Below are positions 48,384-60,234 of a DNA stretch of 64,000 bases, piece by piece; position 1 is the first letter of the stretch, and each line of letters opens with the position of its first letter. Below the pieces are notes generated by a model that saw nothing but the letters and a program-made list of their open reading frames with translations, was not told the DNA's origin and made no database searches. This stretch comes from Candidatus Babeliaceae bacterium (GTDB taxonomy: Bacteria; Babelota; Babeliae; Babelales; Babelaceae): the NCBI GenBank assembly GCA_007116155.1, contig SKJC01000006.1, positions 31,951 through 95,950 of the forward strand. Reading direction: 5' to 3'. A program made the translations under genes and the position numbers.

Positions 48384-49667
48384 TTATTCATCAACTTTGG
48401 AAACCACAACCTGAACAATCTTTTTAGGCGTTGCCTGTTGAATCTTAAACCGGTATCCCTGGAAATCTAAATATTCTCCGACAACTGGTATTCGCTGAAA
48501 TTCATGAACTAAAAAACCACCTAAAGTTTTTACTTGTGCATCGGTCTGCATTGATATTGAAAGCCGTTTTGCTAACTCACGCAATTCAATATTTGCTTCA
48601 GCCAACCACGAACTAGGCTTAATTTCATGCATTTTTTCTGAAACATTCTCGTATTCATCGTGAATTTCACCAACAATTTCCTCAAGCACATCTTCCAATG
48701 TTACCATACCTGCGACTGCACCATGCTCATTAATCACCATAGCTATATGCATCTGCTTTTTTTTCAACTCCTGCAAAAGCTGATTAATTTTCATGCTTTC
48801 TGGAACAAACATAATTGGACGCATAATATCTTGAACTTTTCCCACCGTATTCTGTGCTAATACAGGTACAAGATCTTTAAAATGAAGCATTCCAATGACA
48901 TTATTGTCATTGCCTCGATAAACAGGAAAACGAGAAAATTGATGCTGTAAAAACAATGCATGCGCGACTTGAAAATCCTGTTCAGCTTCTATCATGATCA
49001 CGTCAAGCTCAGGAACCATAATATCATGTACCCCGGTCGAACTCAGTTCAAAAATGCTTTTCAGCATACTCGTTTTATCCGGGTCCATTAAACCACGCTC
49101 ATCAATATAAGAAATCAAAAATTGAATCTCTTTTTCAGTTGGCAACTCTTCGACCTCATCTGCGGGCTGACCAACAATAAAAGAAAGAATCCAATTGGTA
49201 AAACGATTAAACAACTTTACAAAGGGATTTAAAACGACCAAAACAAGATTAGTTAACCAGAGCGTTGACTCAAAATAACGCTCACCTCGCATACGAACAA
49301 TATTTTTAGGTAGCACATCACCGATAATCAAAATTAGTGCTGTAACCACAAAAACACCTATGGTATACCCCAGCGAAGAAGGTATCCCCTTTAATAATTC
49401 TTCAATAACAAACGTTCCAGCAGTTGCCGCAATCGTATTTGCTAAATTATAAGAGATAAGAATAGCGTTTAATAGACGATTTGGATCTTTCTCTAGGGTT
49501 GCAAATAGTGTTTTATAACCACTCTTTTTTTGCGCTAATTCTTTTAACTGAAACAAACGCATCGCAACCATGGCTGTCTCTAAAAAAGAAAACAATGCGC
49601 AAAACCCTAAAGATATTCCAAAAATCAAGGTATTTATTGCAATACCGCCACCATCAGCTAAACCCAT
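48384..49667 (-). CDS. HlyC/CorC-family transporter (DUF21 + tandem CBS + CorC_HlyC)
   Basis: N-terminal four-TM DUF21. CBS pair. C-terminal transporter-associated domain. 427 aa. Confidence 0.8.
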   Translation of the reverse strand: MGLADGGGIAINTLIFGISLGFCALFSFLETAMVAMRLFQLKELAQKKSGYKTLFATLEKDPNRLLNAILISYNLANTIAATAGTFVIEELLKGIPSSLGYTIGVFVVTALILIIGDVLPKNIVRMRGERYFESTLWLTNLVLVVLNPFVKLFNRFTNWILSFIVGQPADEVEELPTEKEIQFLISYIDERGLMDPDKTSMLKSIFELSSTGVHDIMVPELDVIMIEAEQDFQVAHALFLQHQFSRFPVYRGNDNNVIGMLHFKDLVPVLAQNTVGKVQDIMRPIMFVPESMKINQLLQELKKKQMHIAMVINEHGAVAGMVTLEDVLEEIVGEIHDEYENVSEKMHEIKPSSWLAEANIELRELAKRLSISMQTDAQVKTLGGFLVHEFQRIPVVGEYLDFQGYRFKIQQATPKKIVQVVVSKVDE

Positions 49668-49702
49668 TTCTTATCCCTCATATACATACAACTAAATCGC
49701 TC

Positions 49703-51571
49703 TTATTCTTCGCTTGAGTCAAATCCATTGTCAATGGATTCATCAGCAGGTTTTATTCCGGCCGATCCTTCAAGCACCTCAACAATATCATCAATATCTT
49801 TATCAAAAAATGATTTCAATTTAGCACTGCGTGAGGGATGCCGAAGCTTACGAAGAGCCTTAACTTCAATCTGCCGTACACGCTCACGAGTTACCCCAAA
49901 ATCTTTTCCAATCTCTTCTAAAGTATAGCCTGATGCCACATCAATACCATATCGCATCTTGATAACTTTTTCTTCTCGCGGTGTTAATGTCTTCAAAATT
50001 TCTCGTACATGCTCCTTTAAGTCATTATATACCACGGAATCCGCAGGTAAGATTTCATCCTCATTTTCAATAAAATCTTTAATAAATGCATCCTCTCCAT
50101 CACCCACTGGAGTTTCCAAGGAAATAGGTTCTTTTGAAATCTTAATAATATTTTTTATCTTCTTTTCATCAAGATTCAATTGTTTTGCAAGTTCTTCATG
50201 CGTTGGCTCACGCCCATGCGTCTGCAAAAAAGATCGCTTAATTTTATTAATCTTATCAAGTGTTTCAACCATATGAACAGGAACACGTATCGTTCTTGAT
50301 TGATCAGCAATAGCTCGATTAATTGCCTGTCGAATCCACCATGTCGCATACGTAGAAAATTTATATCCCCGCTCAAACTCAAACTTTTCTACAGCTTTTA
50401 GTAGGCCAATATTGCCTTCATCGATAAGGTCCAGAAAGTGCAATCCGCGATTAACATGCTTTTTTGCAATATTAACGACAAGACGCAAGTTGGCGCAAGC
50501 CAAGTCATCTTTCGCCTGTTTATCAGCAATCTGTGCTTCTCTAAATCGATCAAATAATTCTTGAGCCCGACTATACGGAACACCCATTTCAAGCTCTGTT
50601 TTCTTAATAATTTTAAGCGCAACCTTGCTTTCTCGACGCAAATCTTCAACGTACGCTTGAACATCCTCATCAAGCTTTTCAATATCTGGATATGACTCTA
50701 ATTGTTTGCCAATATCATCAAACAACTGTTGTTTTTCTCGAATTTTATTTAATAAGCGCTCAACTCGTTTACCAAGACGCCGAATTAACTTATTCGAAAG
50801 TTTAATCTCTTGGACGGCAGAACTTATAGAGTCCTTATTTTCACGAACTTTTTCAAGCATTTCATCACGCTTTTTAGGATCCTGCAACTTATCGCGATAA
50901 GAACGATAAATTTCTAATTCATTTCCCGAAAGCTGCTTAATTTTATCAATTGTTTGTAAAAATGCGGCTCGCTCCTCATCATACCGAGGTAGATTCTCCG
51001 GATTAAAATCAGAAAACTGAATAACATCTTTCAATGCTATAGCATCTTTCTGCAAACGCTCCCCAACAGTAATTAACTCCTGGTGAACTACGGGAAAAAA
51101 AGAAAGCATTAAAATAGAATCCTGCTTACTGCGAGCAATTTTATCCGCAATAACTTTTTCAGTTTTTTTATTAAGCAGAGGAATTTTTCCAATATCACGC
51201 AAATAACACTTAACACCATCAGCTATTTGAGCGGAATCCGATATTCGAGCATCTTCCTCATCACCTTCTTCAACACTGGCATCATCATCAATATCCTCAT
51301 CAACTGAAACAATAGATGAAATAGCTTCTAATGCAGCATCACCAACGCGCTCATCCATAGCAGAGTCGCGCGAGAGATCTTCAGACTCCAGAGAAACCTC
51401 TATATGCTCTTTTTCAAAGAGTTTAAGCAACTGATCCGTTTCCTCTTCAGAAAAACCATGTTCATTACTAAAAGCAACCACTTCTTCATAAGCAACAGAC
51501 CCATCACGACGACCGCGCTCAACTAACTCATCAATATGAGATGCGCGTTCTTTTTTATTTTTTTTAATCAT
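49703..51571 (-). CDS. rpoD: RNA polymerase primary sigma factor (sigma-70/66 family)
   Basis: Region 2 [38 protein letters not shown]. Region 4 [19 protein letters not shown]. Acidic N-terminal region. Confidence 0.95.
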   Translation of the reverse strand: MIKKNKKERASHIDELVERGRRDGSVAYEEVVAFSNEHGFSEEETDQLLKLFEKEHIEVSLESEDLSRDSAMDERVGDAALEAISSIVSVDEDIDDDASVEEGDEEDARISDSAQIADGVKCYLRDIGKIPLLNKKTEKVIADKIARSKQDSILMLSFFPVVHQELITVGERLQKDAIALKDVIQFSDFNPENLPRYDEERAAFLQTIDKIKQLSGNELEIYRSYRDKLQDPKKRDEMLEKVRENKDSISSAVQEIKLSNKLIRRLGKRVERLLNKIREKQQLFDDIGKQLESYPDIEKLDEDVQAYVEDLRRESKVALKIIKKTELEMGVPYSRAQELFDRFREAQIADKQAKDDLACANLRLVVNIAKKHVNRGLHFLDLIDEGNIGLLKAVEKFEFERGYKFSTYATWWIRQAINRAIADQSRTIRVPVHMVETLDKINKIKRSFLQTHGREPTHEELAKQLNLDEKKIKNIIKISKEPISLETPVGDGEDAFIKDFIENEDEILPADSVVYNDLKEHVREILKTLTPREEKVIKMRYGIDVASGYTLEEIGKDFGVTRERVRQIEVKALRKLRHPSRSAKLKSFFDKDIDDIVEVLEGSAGIKPADESIDNGFDSSEE

Positions 51572-53319
51572 CCATTCCCCCGAGATAACATTTTTTTCTT
51601 TGCATCCTGCAGCGCCTGCAATGCTTGCATGCTACGTTCCTTATCACCAACCGACTGCGCCTGCGCCAACTCACGCTTTATCTCGCTAATTTGCACAAGC
51701 CAAGCCCTTCTATGGATTTCATCGCGCACGGCAGACAATGACACATCGCCAATTGCCTCACCCTCAGCCACAAGGCCAACAAAAATAGGGCGGCTCTCTT
51801 CGTCGCATCCATTCAAAAATGCCCCTGGTTCATACAATCCTTGAAGCATTTGATACAATCTCGCAGCCTTAGAAGAAAGTATCAACGGCAAAATAGATGT
51901 CTCCGCAGAAAAAACAGAGTGCCCATGTTTTATTATAGCATATAGTATACGTTTCTCCAGAACTGAAAGCTCACTCAATTGTAATCCTTCGACTACATTT
52001 TCACCTAACTTAGTAGGCGCAGACAACGCGGTACGTGTACAAGAACGATACTGTTGATATAAAGACTCAAAAGGAATTCCGAACGCCTCAGAAGCCTCCT
52101 GTAAAAGCATATTCCGTTGCAAAGAATCTGAAACTAAGAGCACAGCCTCAACTACCTGCCGTGTTGCTTGCAACTTTTGGGACATCGACTGACGCAAAAA
52201 AGATCGCCCTAAGCGTTCAACAAAAAAGTTAAACAACGGACGAACTGTTAATATATCGTTTTCAAGAGACCCTTCGCGCGCCAAAAACGATGCTGGATCA
52301 TCTTCTGGAGGAAATGAAATAACATAGGGGTCCATATGAGCCTGCCAGCAAAGAGATACTAATCGCATCATTGCACGTTGACCCGCCTCATCACCATCAT
52401 AAACCAAATAGATCTTTTGTGCATGCCGCGCAAGAAGCTGCAAATGCTCAAGCGAACAGGCCGTACCAAGCGTTGCAACCGTATGAGAATACCCATGTTG
52501 CACCATAGCTAGACAATCAGCATACCCCTCAACCAAATACACGGCAGAACGTTCCTGAATAGACTTTTTTGCGTGAGAAAAGCCATATAGCAATGCACGC
52601 TTGTTAAAGAAAACATGGTCTTGTGAATTTACATATTTGGGCCGATCATCACCCGGCAAGAATACCCGCCCTCCAAAACCGCACGGTCCCCCCTGCGCAG
52701 AAAAAATAGTAAAAACCACCCGCTCTTCAAAAAGGAGCTGCTTGCCGCGAGTTCCTGAACGTATCAACTGAGCCGACTCAAAATCCTGCAATAAAATACC
52801 CTCATCGCGTCCTGCCACTAATAACTCCTGCACACCACGAGCGCCCCCAGGGCAATAGCCTATGCGAAAAGCGTTAATTAACCCATCAAAACCCCGTTCA
52901 GCAACATAGGTGCGAGCTCTTGAGTTACGAGCAAGCTGCAACATACACCAACGTGAAAAAAAGTCACAAACCAACTCATACCGTTGCAAATCTGCATACG
53001 AAGAAACCGGCGAATGTATTGTCTTAGAAATTGACTCAGGAACCACCAAGTTATATTGCTTAACAAGGTACCACGCCGCCTCCAAAGGAGAACAGTTTTC
53101 AACGCGCGCAATAAAATCAATAACATCACCACCCGTCGCCGTAGAAAAACAATAATAGATACCACGCGATGGCGTTACCGTAAATGAAGGCACCCGCTCC
53201 TGCTTAAAAGGCGAAGGCCCCTTCCAATAATTACCCGCAGGTTTTAGCGCAACATACTCCTGCACAACATCAAGAATACTAACCTGCTGTTTTATAAAAT
53301 CGAAAAGAGATAAGCTCAT
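51568..53319 (-). CDS. dnaG: DNA primase
   Basis: Zinc-binding CHC2 region [15 protein letters not shown]. Toprim [13 protein letters not shown] 4-nt overlap with rpoD gives the classic dnaG-rpoD operon. Confidence 0.92.
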   Translation of the reverse strand: MSLSLFDFIKQQVSILDVVQEYVALKPAGNYWKGPSPFKQERVPSFTVTPSRGIYYCFSTATGGDVIDFIARVENCSPLEAAWYLVKQYNLVVPESISKTIHSPVSSYADLQRYELVCDFFSRWCMLQLARNSRARTYVAERGFDGLINAFRIGYCPGGARGVQELLVAGRDEGILLQDFESAQLIRSGTRGKQLLFEERVVFTIFSAQGGPCGFGGRVFLPGDDRPKYVNSQDHVFFNKRALLYGFSHAKKSIQERSAVYLVEGYADCLAMVQHGYSHTVATLGTACSLEHLQLLARHAQKIYLVYDGDEAGQRAMMRLVSLCWQAHMDPYVISFPPEDDPASFLAREGSLENDILTVRPLFNFFVERLGRSFLRQSMSQKLQATRQVVEAVLLVSDSLQRNMLLQEASEAFGIPFESLYQQYRSCTRTALSAPTKLGENVVEGLQLSELSVLEKRILYAIIKHGHSVFSAETSILPLILSSKAARLYQMLQGLYEPGAFLNGCDEESRPIFVGLVAEGEAIGDVSLSAVRDEIHRRAWLVQISEIKRELAQAQSVGDKERSMQALQALQDAKKKMLSRGNG

Positions 53320-54062
53320 TAATTATGCCTCAAAAAGGAGTTCCTCTTCAATACATGCAGAGCGAAGAAACAGGAGATTACGGACAATAAAAATATACTC
53401 ACCCACTGATGGATCGAGAGCCATGCACCAAGCGAACTAAGCTCGCGATCTCCTCGCCAAAAGTCAGTAATAAAACGAATAGAAAATAATCCGGTCAACG
53501 ATACCCATGCAAGAACACCGGAACGCAACCCATAAAAACGAATCCCTATTAATGCAGCAAACAAGAGAAGTGAAAGAACTATCGTATATGCAGGGATAGG
53601 ATGCGCCCAGAAACATCCATCCGGCGTACATACATACACAGCAAAACAACTCGCACTCTCGCATCCATAGCAACAACCAGCAGCAATGCAGCCTAATCTA
53701 CCGAATGCTTGAGCAAGCGGTGCATAAAAAAGAACTATGTCCAAAAAAGGAAGAACTGCAAGCGCATAATATCGAACACACAAAAACAGGGCCCCAAGTA
53801 TGCCAAATACTGCGCCCAATATCGCCATTCCACCATCCCAAAAAGCAAGACGTTCAACCCATGAGTCATACAGATGAAAGTTTACAGCCACATGCATCAG
53901 TCGACCACCAAGGATACCAGCGATGATAGAAAAATTAACACATGAAAACAAATGATCCCTTGAAATAATCGACCTCATCCGAACATCGCGCAACAACAAG
54001 GCCACCCAAACAACAACTCCGACCAATATCCAAAAGCCGTACCAGTGAAACCCTAGTTCCAT
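53319..54062 (-). CDS. lgt: Prolipoprotein diacylglyceryl transferase
   Basis: ELGFHWYGFWILVGVV... aligns with Lgt N-terminal HWYG. GGRLMHV, FGRLGCIAAGCCYG. The ORF extends to 54107; start taken at the internal Met. Confidence 0.6.
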   Translation of the reverse strand: MELGFHWYGFWILVGVVVWVALLLRDVRMRSIISRDHLFSCVNFSIIAGILGGRLMHVAVNFHLYDSWVERLAFWDGGMAILGAVFGILGALFLCVRYYALAVLPFLDIVLFYAPLAQAFGRLGCIAAGCCYGCESASCFAVYVCTPDGCFWAHPIPAYTIVLSLLLFAALIGIRFYGLRSGVLAWVSLTGLFSIRFITDFWRGDRELSSLGAWLSIHQWVSIFLLSVISCFFALHVLKRNSFLRHN

Positions 54063-54265
54063 ATCTTCCCCAAATCTTGCGTATAATAAACTCTTTCCAA
54101 CTAACAACAGAAGAAAAGCGTGTTAGGCGACTATTATGCATGTGTATTTTCAATAGTAAAATAGTTTGATATAGTAAAAAAACCGCTAAATTAGCGAACA
54201 ATATAAAAACTATACTATATAGTCTACTCATACCAAACTAGATAGGCAAAGGGGGGAGCAGTCCC

Positions 54266-55018
54266 ATGGAACAAGTACACTCGCCGGTACCCACAACCGG
54301 CATTGTTTTAAGTAAATATCTTTCTAATAGTGGTCTTTGCGCGCGCAGAAAAGCGGAAGAACTTATTAAAAAAGGCGCCGTTGCTGTCAACGGAACGGTT
54401 ATCACACAATGGGCATATCGCGTACAAGATAATGACACCATCACCTGCCACGGCAAAGCACTTAATCCACAAAAAGAATATATATATATCGCATTGAATA
54501 AACCAACTGAAGTAATTACATCAGCCGCTGATGATGAAGGCAGAAAAACAGTACACGATTTAGTAAAAGTGCGTGGCGGTGCTCGCCTATTTTCTGTTGG
54601 CAGACTTGATTGCATGACAACTGGGCTCCTGCTTCTTACCAACGATGGCGAACTTGCACAAGCATTAGCGCACCCTCGGTTTGGTGTAGAAAAAAGATAT
54701 CACATTACACTTTCAATACCCCTTCGCGACTTTCACAAACGCATGCTTACAACAGGCGCCGGACTTCCTGAAGGCATGGTAAAACCTGACAAGATTATCA
54801 CCTTTGAACGCAGGCCCCGTGAATGTATCGTCTGCATCCACAGTGGACAAAACCGCGTTGTTAGAAAACTTTTCCATAGCTTAGGATACGCGGTACACAA
54901 GCTTAATCGCATCTCATACGCTGGAATCTCAACGCGCGGCCTTCCAAAAGGCGCATGGAGAAAACTGACTGATGAAGAAGTGCGCATGCTCAAACGAAAA
55001 ACATCACACAATACATAA
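54266..55018 (+). CDS. rRNA pseudouridine synthase (RsuA/RluB family) with S4 domain
   Basis: S4 domain LSKYLSNSGLCARRKAEELIKKGAVAVNG. Catalytic LFSVGRLDCMTTGLLLLTNDGELAQ. Confidence 0.85.
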   Translation: MEQVHSPVPTTGIVLSKYLSNSGLCARRKAEELIKKGAVAVNGTVITQWAYRVQDNDTITCHGKALNPQKEYIYIALNKPTEVITSAADDEGRKTVHDLVKVRGGARLFSVGRLDCMTTGLLLLTNDGELAQALAHPRFGVEKRYHITLSIPLRDFHKRMLTTGAGLPEGMVKPDKIITFERRPRECIVCIHSGQNRVVRKLFHSLGYAVHKLNRISYAGISTRGLPKGAWRKLTDEEVRMLKRKTSHNT

Positions 55019-55071
55019 TCATAAACATATAAATATGGAGGAGGCGCTATTTCTCCTCCATATTGAACATG

Positions 55072-56547
55072 CTATTTAGGCAGCGCGCTCATACAAGCCA
55101 ACGCACTCGTATCTTCAGCATTTGTTGGTAGAAAAACAGAATTCAAACCAAAATCATTACTTAAAAAACCTGTAATAACACTCGATGTTAGAACCGCATT
55201 TGCACGGAGCGGATTTTTAAGTTTTCCAGAACCACACAACCGACTGCGCATATCTTGGAAAAACTTAACTGCAGCATAATCACTCTTTTGATGCTTGCTC
55301 TTTGTTTCAATATCACTAAAAAGCATAGCTACTGTCTGTAAGGCCGTATGTATATAGGCTGTTTCTTCTTCTTTGCCTGAATAAACTTCTATCTGCGCCT
55401 TTACATGCTCTAACTCTTTATCAATTAATGCAACAACTCCATCTACGTCTCGTAATAACTGAGGCAAATTTGCCCACCCACCTAACCACGAAGAACCTGT
55501 TTTTGTGACCTCTTCAATCTTGCCCTTACTAACTGCAATAATACGAGCAAGTAATGCAAACCGATCCGCAGAATAATCTTCAAGCCTCGCTTTTAAAATT
55601 GCCAAACGATGCGCAACAGTCTCCAGAGCAAATTTTTCTCCGGCAAGAGCCATAGCAAAATTTTTCTCATACTCATTAATTTCAAACTCACGCCATTCTT
55701 TTTCCGCTTGCACCAAAGCCTCTTGTGACTTCTTATACATAGCAAGCTCTTGCTCCTTCTTATCAACAACCGCTGCAATTTGCGCAAGCTGTTTGGCCTC
55801 ACTCTTACGAACCTTCTCTAAAAGAGTGACCTGCGCTGCTAAATCTTTTGCTAAACAATCCGCTGCTTTTTTTTGAGACTGTAATTGTGCTACATCAAGT
55901 GCCATAGCCTGCTTAACTCTTGCAATCTCTTGTTTTAAATGTTCATTTTGTTCATTTTTCGAAGCAGCATCTCTACTCCTTCGTTGCAATTGGGTTAACG
56001 TCTCTTTAAATACTTTTTGTTTATTCTTACTAATACCTTCTTGCAGTATCCGCTCCTCTTCCAACTTGGCAAGCTTTTCTTGTAATCGCTTCATATCACG
56101 CTGTTGCCTTTCTTTTTCAGAAAGAACTCGCTGGTGCTCTTCTGATTTTTCCTGCAACTTTGTTGCTATCATCTTATTTTTTTTAGCTATCTCTGCCTGC
56201 TTCTCTCGCATCTGATCTAATTTTTTATCTTTTTCAGAAATTAGCTCTAATAATTCTTTCACCTCTCCTTGCAGAATAGAGGCCTCCTTTTCTACTTTTT
56301 TCCTATCTTCTATCGCAAGCAAAAGTTCTTGATGCACTCGTTCTTTTTCTGCCCGCTCTACTGCCGTAACCTCAGACATCTGCTCCAATTTTTTACTTAA
56401 AGTATTTTCTTTAGAAGATGCTGAGCGTAATAATTCCTGCGCTACGATAAGCTTATGATTTGCTTGCTGCAACTTTTTCTTTCCTGCATAAAGCGGAATG
56501 CTGGGCACCCCCGCACAAAAAAGAACAACCAATATGATATATTTCAT
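55072..56547 (-). CDS. Secreted coiled-coil protein
   Basis: Signal peptide. About 300 aa of heptad-rich Lys/Glu/Gln sequence. Globular C-terminus. No catalytic motif seen. Confidence 0.55.
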   Translation of the reverse strand: MKYIILVVLFCAGVPSIPLYAGKKKLQQANHKLIVAQELLRSASSKENTLSKKLEQMSEVTAVERAEKERVHQELLLAIEDRKKVEKEASILQGEVKELLELISEKDKKLDQMREKQAEIAKKNKMIATKLQEKSEEHQRVLSEKERQQRDMKRLQEKLAKLEEERILQEGISKNKQKVFKETLTQLQRRSRDAASKNEQNEHLKQEIARVKQAMALDVAQLQSQKKAADCLAKDLAAQVTLLEKVRKSEAKQLAQIAAVVDKKEQELAMYKKSQEALVQAEKEWREFEINEYEKNFAMALAGEKFALETVAHRLAILKARLEDYSADRFALLARIIAVSKGKIEEVTKTGSSWLGGWANLPQLLRDVDGVVALIDKELEHVKAQIEVYSGKEEETAYIHTALQTVAMLFSDIETKSKHQKSDYAAVKFFQDMRSRLCGSGKLKNPLRANAVLTSSVITGFLSNDFGLNSVFLPTNAEDTSALACMSALPK

Positions 56548-56722
56548 ACCACTCTCCTTACAAGGAACGCTTCTTTCGCCTCCCTACTTGTAGCACATCC
56601 ACCCCATGAAAAAAACTAAAAAGATATTTTTTACACGGTGGTGAAAAAAAATATTGTAAGTATAGTAAATAATGGAGTGGGTTGGGTTTATTTCATTATC
56701 TTTTTTTTAAGGAGGAGCTCTC

Positions 56723-57634
56723 ATGGTAACACCAACGCTCCTAGTCGTTATAACTATTTGTTGTTTTTTTTTCATAGTATTGTTAAACGGTTTTTTTACC
56801 ACACAACAACAGACTCGTACTGTCATTCAACGGTTTGGAAAATTTAGTCGTATTGCAGGTCCCGGACTTGCATTCAAATGGCCATTGATTGAAACTATTG
56901 CGGGCAGAGTTAATCTTCGCATCAAGCAGCTTGATGTTAGGGTTGAAACAAAAACCGAAGATAACGTCTTTGTATTAGTCATCGTTTCAGTCCAATATTT
57001 TGTTGATCCAGAGCGCGTTTACGAAGCGTTCTATAAGCTCGTTTCATCTGAAGCACAAATTACTGCATTTGTTTTTGATGTTGTGCGCGCACGCGTTCCG
57101 CTCTTAACACTCGATCACTTATTCGAGAAAAAGGATAATATCGCAATTGCCGTCAAAGAAGAACTTAGCCACGTAATGCACGATTTTGGCTACGACATTC
57201 TCAAAGCATTAATCACTGATATTGAACCTGATAAACACGTCAAATCTGCAATGAACGAAATTAACGCAGCACAACGCATGCGTCTGGCCGCTGTTGAAAA
57301 AGGTGAAGCTGAAAAGATTCTGCGTGTTAAAGCAGCTGAAGCAGAAGCTGAAAGTAACGCGCTTCATGGAAAAGGTATCGCTGACCAACGACGCGCTATT
57401 GTTGAAGGACTTAGTGAATCAGTAACAGAATTTCAAGCGCATGTTCCAGGATCTTCACCAAATGACGTTATGCAAATCGTACTTATGACACAATATTTTG
57501 ACATGCTTAAAGAATTAAGTGCACATTCAGCAACAAATACAATCTTGGTCCCTCACTCTCCATCACACATGCATGATCTGGGCGAACAGATGCGAAATGC
57601 CTTTATCACAGCTCAAGCAGTACAAAAAAAATAA
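56723..57634 (+). CDS. SPFH/band-7 (stomatin/HflC-like) membrane protein
   Basis: N-terminal TM. FGKFSRIAGPGLAFKWPLIETIAGRVNLRIKQLDV, the SPFH core. Ala/Glu-rich coiled coil. Strong RBS aaggagga. Confidence 0.85.
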   Translation: MVTPTLLVVITICCFFFIVLLNGFFTTQQQTRTVIQRFGKFSRIAGPGLAFKWPLIETIAGRVNLRIKQLDVRVETKTEDNVFVLVIVSVQYFVDPERVYEAFYKLVSSEAQITAFVFDVVRARVPLLTLDHLFEKKDNIAIAVKEELSHVMHDFGYDILKALITDIEPDKHVKSAMNEINAAQRMRLAAVEKGEAEKILRVKAAEAEAESNALHGKGIADQRRAIVEGLSESVTEFQAHVPGSSPNDVMQIVLMTQYFDMLKELSAHSATNTILVPHSPSHMHDLGEQMRNAFITAQAVQKK

Positions 57635-57788
57635 CATAAAAAAGAGCCGCGGGATCAAAACTCCTGCGGCTGTAAAACTTTACAAAAAATCCCACCTGTT
57701 TGTGCCACAACCCCAATAAACACTTGACAAAAACAGTCAATCGATTAAAATAAAAAATATTTGTAAATTTATTTAGATGGTATAAAAA

Positions 57789-58670
57789 ATGAAAATAAGC
57801 ACTATTGCATGTTTAATTCTTACTCTTTTTTTCTCTTCCCACTCGAAAGCAAGCCAATATTTTCAAAAAAATAAATCTCATGCTCTTAGCACCTGCGTAT
57901 CTGAACAAGAAATTGCAAATTACCTACAGCGCACAACCAATTTTCTAACACAAAAAGATTTACTCGAACTCTGGTCTAGTCTTAATTACTCAGGTAAAGG
58001 CCTGAACCGGGTCAAAACGCTCTGCAAAATACACGGGTTTCTCTGTTCAATTCGGTTGAAAAATATCTTTTTAACAAGGTTATCAACAACCGAAAAAAAA
58101 GTTTTTCTGGCGTTTCTTGATAAACACCTTGAACAGGCCCCAGACGGATTGCTAAAAAACACATTAGAAACAACAAGCAACATACTTCTTTCCCCAAAAA
58201 TGAGAAAAAAACAGCAACTAATCATATTTCCAACAAAAATAACCGCTGCCGAAATGTCGTGGTACACTCAAAAAATCTACACCGCCATTGCTGAATCTAT
58301 TAAAAATAATGTGACTGACCAAAAAACAAAAAGAAACAGTCTTGCTAAATCAGAAATGCGAGGTTATTTATTACAACTTCTTCCCTTTTTCTCACCGTTT
58401 GATTTAGCATACCTTTTTTCCCTTGCTAAAGACTTTATGGAAGAATATTCGATACTAAATCAAAAACAAAAAAGTGACATTGTAGAAAACTTTACAGCTG
58501 CAAAAGAACTCGTTGCAAAAGAAGATTTCCAAACGCAACTTTGGCACAACGTTTATAAACAAAAACAAAATATTACAAAAAACAAAACCCCCTTTACTGA
58601 TGTTGTAATAATAACCTCTGAAAAAAACAGCTCATCACTCCCAAGGCAATTACCAAGTGTATCTCAATAA
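57789..58670 (+). CDS. Hypothetical secreted protein
   Basis: Signal peptide. Promoter TTGACA (57724-57729) plus an A-rich -10. No domain recognised. Confidence 0.5.
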   Translation: MKISTIACLILTLFFSSHSKASQYFQKNKSHALSTCVSEQEIANYLQRTTNFLTQKDLLELWSSLNYSGKGLNRVKTLCKIHGFLCSIRLKNIFLTRLSTTEKKVFLAFLDKHLEQAPDGLLKNTLETTSNILLSPKMRKKQQLIIFPTKITAAEMSWYTQKIYTAIAESIKNNVTDQKTKRNSLAKSEMRGYLLQLLPFFSPFDLAYLFSLAKDFMEEYSILNQKQKSDIVENFTAAKELVAKEDFQTQLWHNVYKQKQNITKNKTPFTDVVIITSEKNSSSLPRQLPSVSQ

Positions 58671-58842
58671 AAAATAATGAACACGCAAACACCTGGCAGG
58701 AATACGGCTTGCATGACAAACCATAATTCTTCTGGTAATTGATTATTCATGAAGGGCTTTTCTTTTTGTGATTGAGCTATTACTATAGCCCCTCTAGAAA
58801 AGCCTTTCATCTATTTCTTAATTTTCAGATAGGCTCTAAATA

Positions 58843-60141
58843 TTAAAGCCCAGATTGACCAGAATTACTACCACTTCCTGCGCCACTACGCTTTAACGTC
58901 TCTAAAAACTCTTCATTTGTTTTGCTTTTTTTCATGCGATCAATCAGCAATTCCATCGCCTCGGTCATATTCATTGAAGCAAGAACCTTACGCAATACAT
59001 GAATCTTCTTAAGTACGTCCTCTGAAAGCAACAGCTCCTCGCGACGAGTGCCAGATATAAGCAGGTCAAACGCAGGGAAAATACGTAAATTTGCCAACTT
59101 GCGCGACATATTTATTTCCATATTACCCGTGCCTTTGAACTCCTCAAAAATCACTTCATCCATACGAGAACCCGTTTCAATCAGTGCAGTCGCAATAATC
59201 GTCAACGAACCACCTTCTTCTAAGTTACGCGCGGCGCCGAAAAAGCGCTTAGGCTTTTGCAATGCATGTGCATCAATGCCACCAGTCAAAACCTTACCCG
59301 ATGCTGGCGAGGTTGTGTTAAATGCACGAGCAAGACGCGTTATAGAATCCAGAAGGATCACCACGTCCTTTTTCATTTCAACCAGACGCTTTGCACGAGC
59401 TAAGACAATTTCAGCAACCTGTTCATGCCGCTCTGCCGCTTCATCGAACGTTGAACTAATTACTTCTGTATTGGTACCCTTAATCGAACGACGCATATCT
59501 GCAACTTCTTCAGGACGCTCATCAATCAAGAGAATAATCAGATGTACTTCAGGGTGATTATGCTCAATAGTACGCGCTAGCTCCTTAAGTAGCATAGTTT
59601 TACCTGCTTTTGGCGGCGCAACTATTAATCCTCGCTGACCTTTACCAATAGGAGTAAAAAGATCCATCAAGCGTGTAGATACATATGAGGGGTTATATTC
59701 TAAATTAAACTTTTTATCAGGATACAGCGGAGAAAGCCGATCAAAAAAGGGACGATCGCCTAGAAGCGCAGGGTCTCCTCCATTAACCTTATCCACCCGC
59801 AAAAGCGCAAAATATTTTTCGTTATCTTTAGGCCGTCGAATAACACCTGAAATTTCATCTCCTGTCCGCAAACCAAGTCGACGAATCTGCGAAGGGGAAA
59901 CATACACATCATCAGGCCCTGAAACATAATCAGCTTGTCGCGCGCGCAAAAAACCAAAACCGTCAGGTAATTTTTCTAAAACACCTAAGACCAAAATCTC
60001 TTTTTCGGGATTTGTTTCAAGATCAATAATGGTCGAAATTAAAACATCCTTTTTCATATAATTGGCACCAAGAACGCCAAGTTTGCGAGCGACAACCAAA
60101 AGGTCTGCGATGCTCATTTTTTGTAATGCTTGTTCCCTCAT
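58843..60141 (-). CDS. rho: Transcription termination factor Rho
   Basis: N-terminal [16 protein letters not shown] fold. Walker [25 protein letters not shown]. Confidence 0.95.
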   Translation of the reverse strand: MREQALQKMSIADLLVVARKLGVLGANYMKKDVLISTIIDLETNPEKEILVLGVLEKLPDGFGFLRARQADYVSGPDDVYVSPSQIRRLGLRTGDEISGVIRRPKDNEKYFALLRVDKVNGGDPALLGDRPFFDRLSPLYPDKKFNLEYNPSYVSTRLMDLFTPIGKGQRGLIVAPPKAGKTMLLKELARTIEHNHPEVHLIILLIDERPEEVADMRRSIKGTNTEVISSTFDEAAERHEQVAEIVLARAKRLVEMKKDVVILLDSITRLARAFNTTSPASGKVLTGGIDAHALQKPKRFFGAARNLEEGGSLTIIATALIETGSRMDEVIFEEFKGTGNMEINMSRKLANLRIFPAFDLLISGTRREELLLSEDVLKKIHVLRKVLASMNMTEAMELLIDRMKKSKTNEEFLETLKRSGAGSGSNSGQSGL

Positions 60142-60234
60142 GCATCAAATCCTTTAAAAAGAGCGAATAAAGAAGATATGAGAAGGTGGCGCCGTTTGAA
60201 ACTTTTGCGGTTACCACCTTCTAAATATAATTAC

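Noticed and set aside
53935-54231. 98-aa minus-strand ORF upstream of lgt.
   Set aside because: It sits in the AT-rich divergent promoter region between lgt and the rluB-like gene, has no RBS, and is composed of low-complexity sequence.
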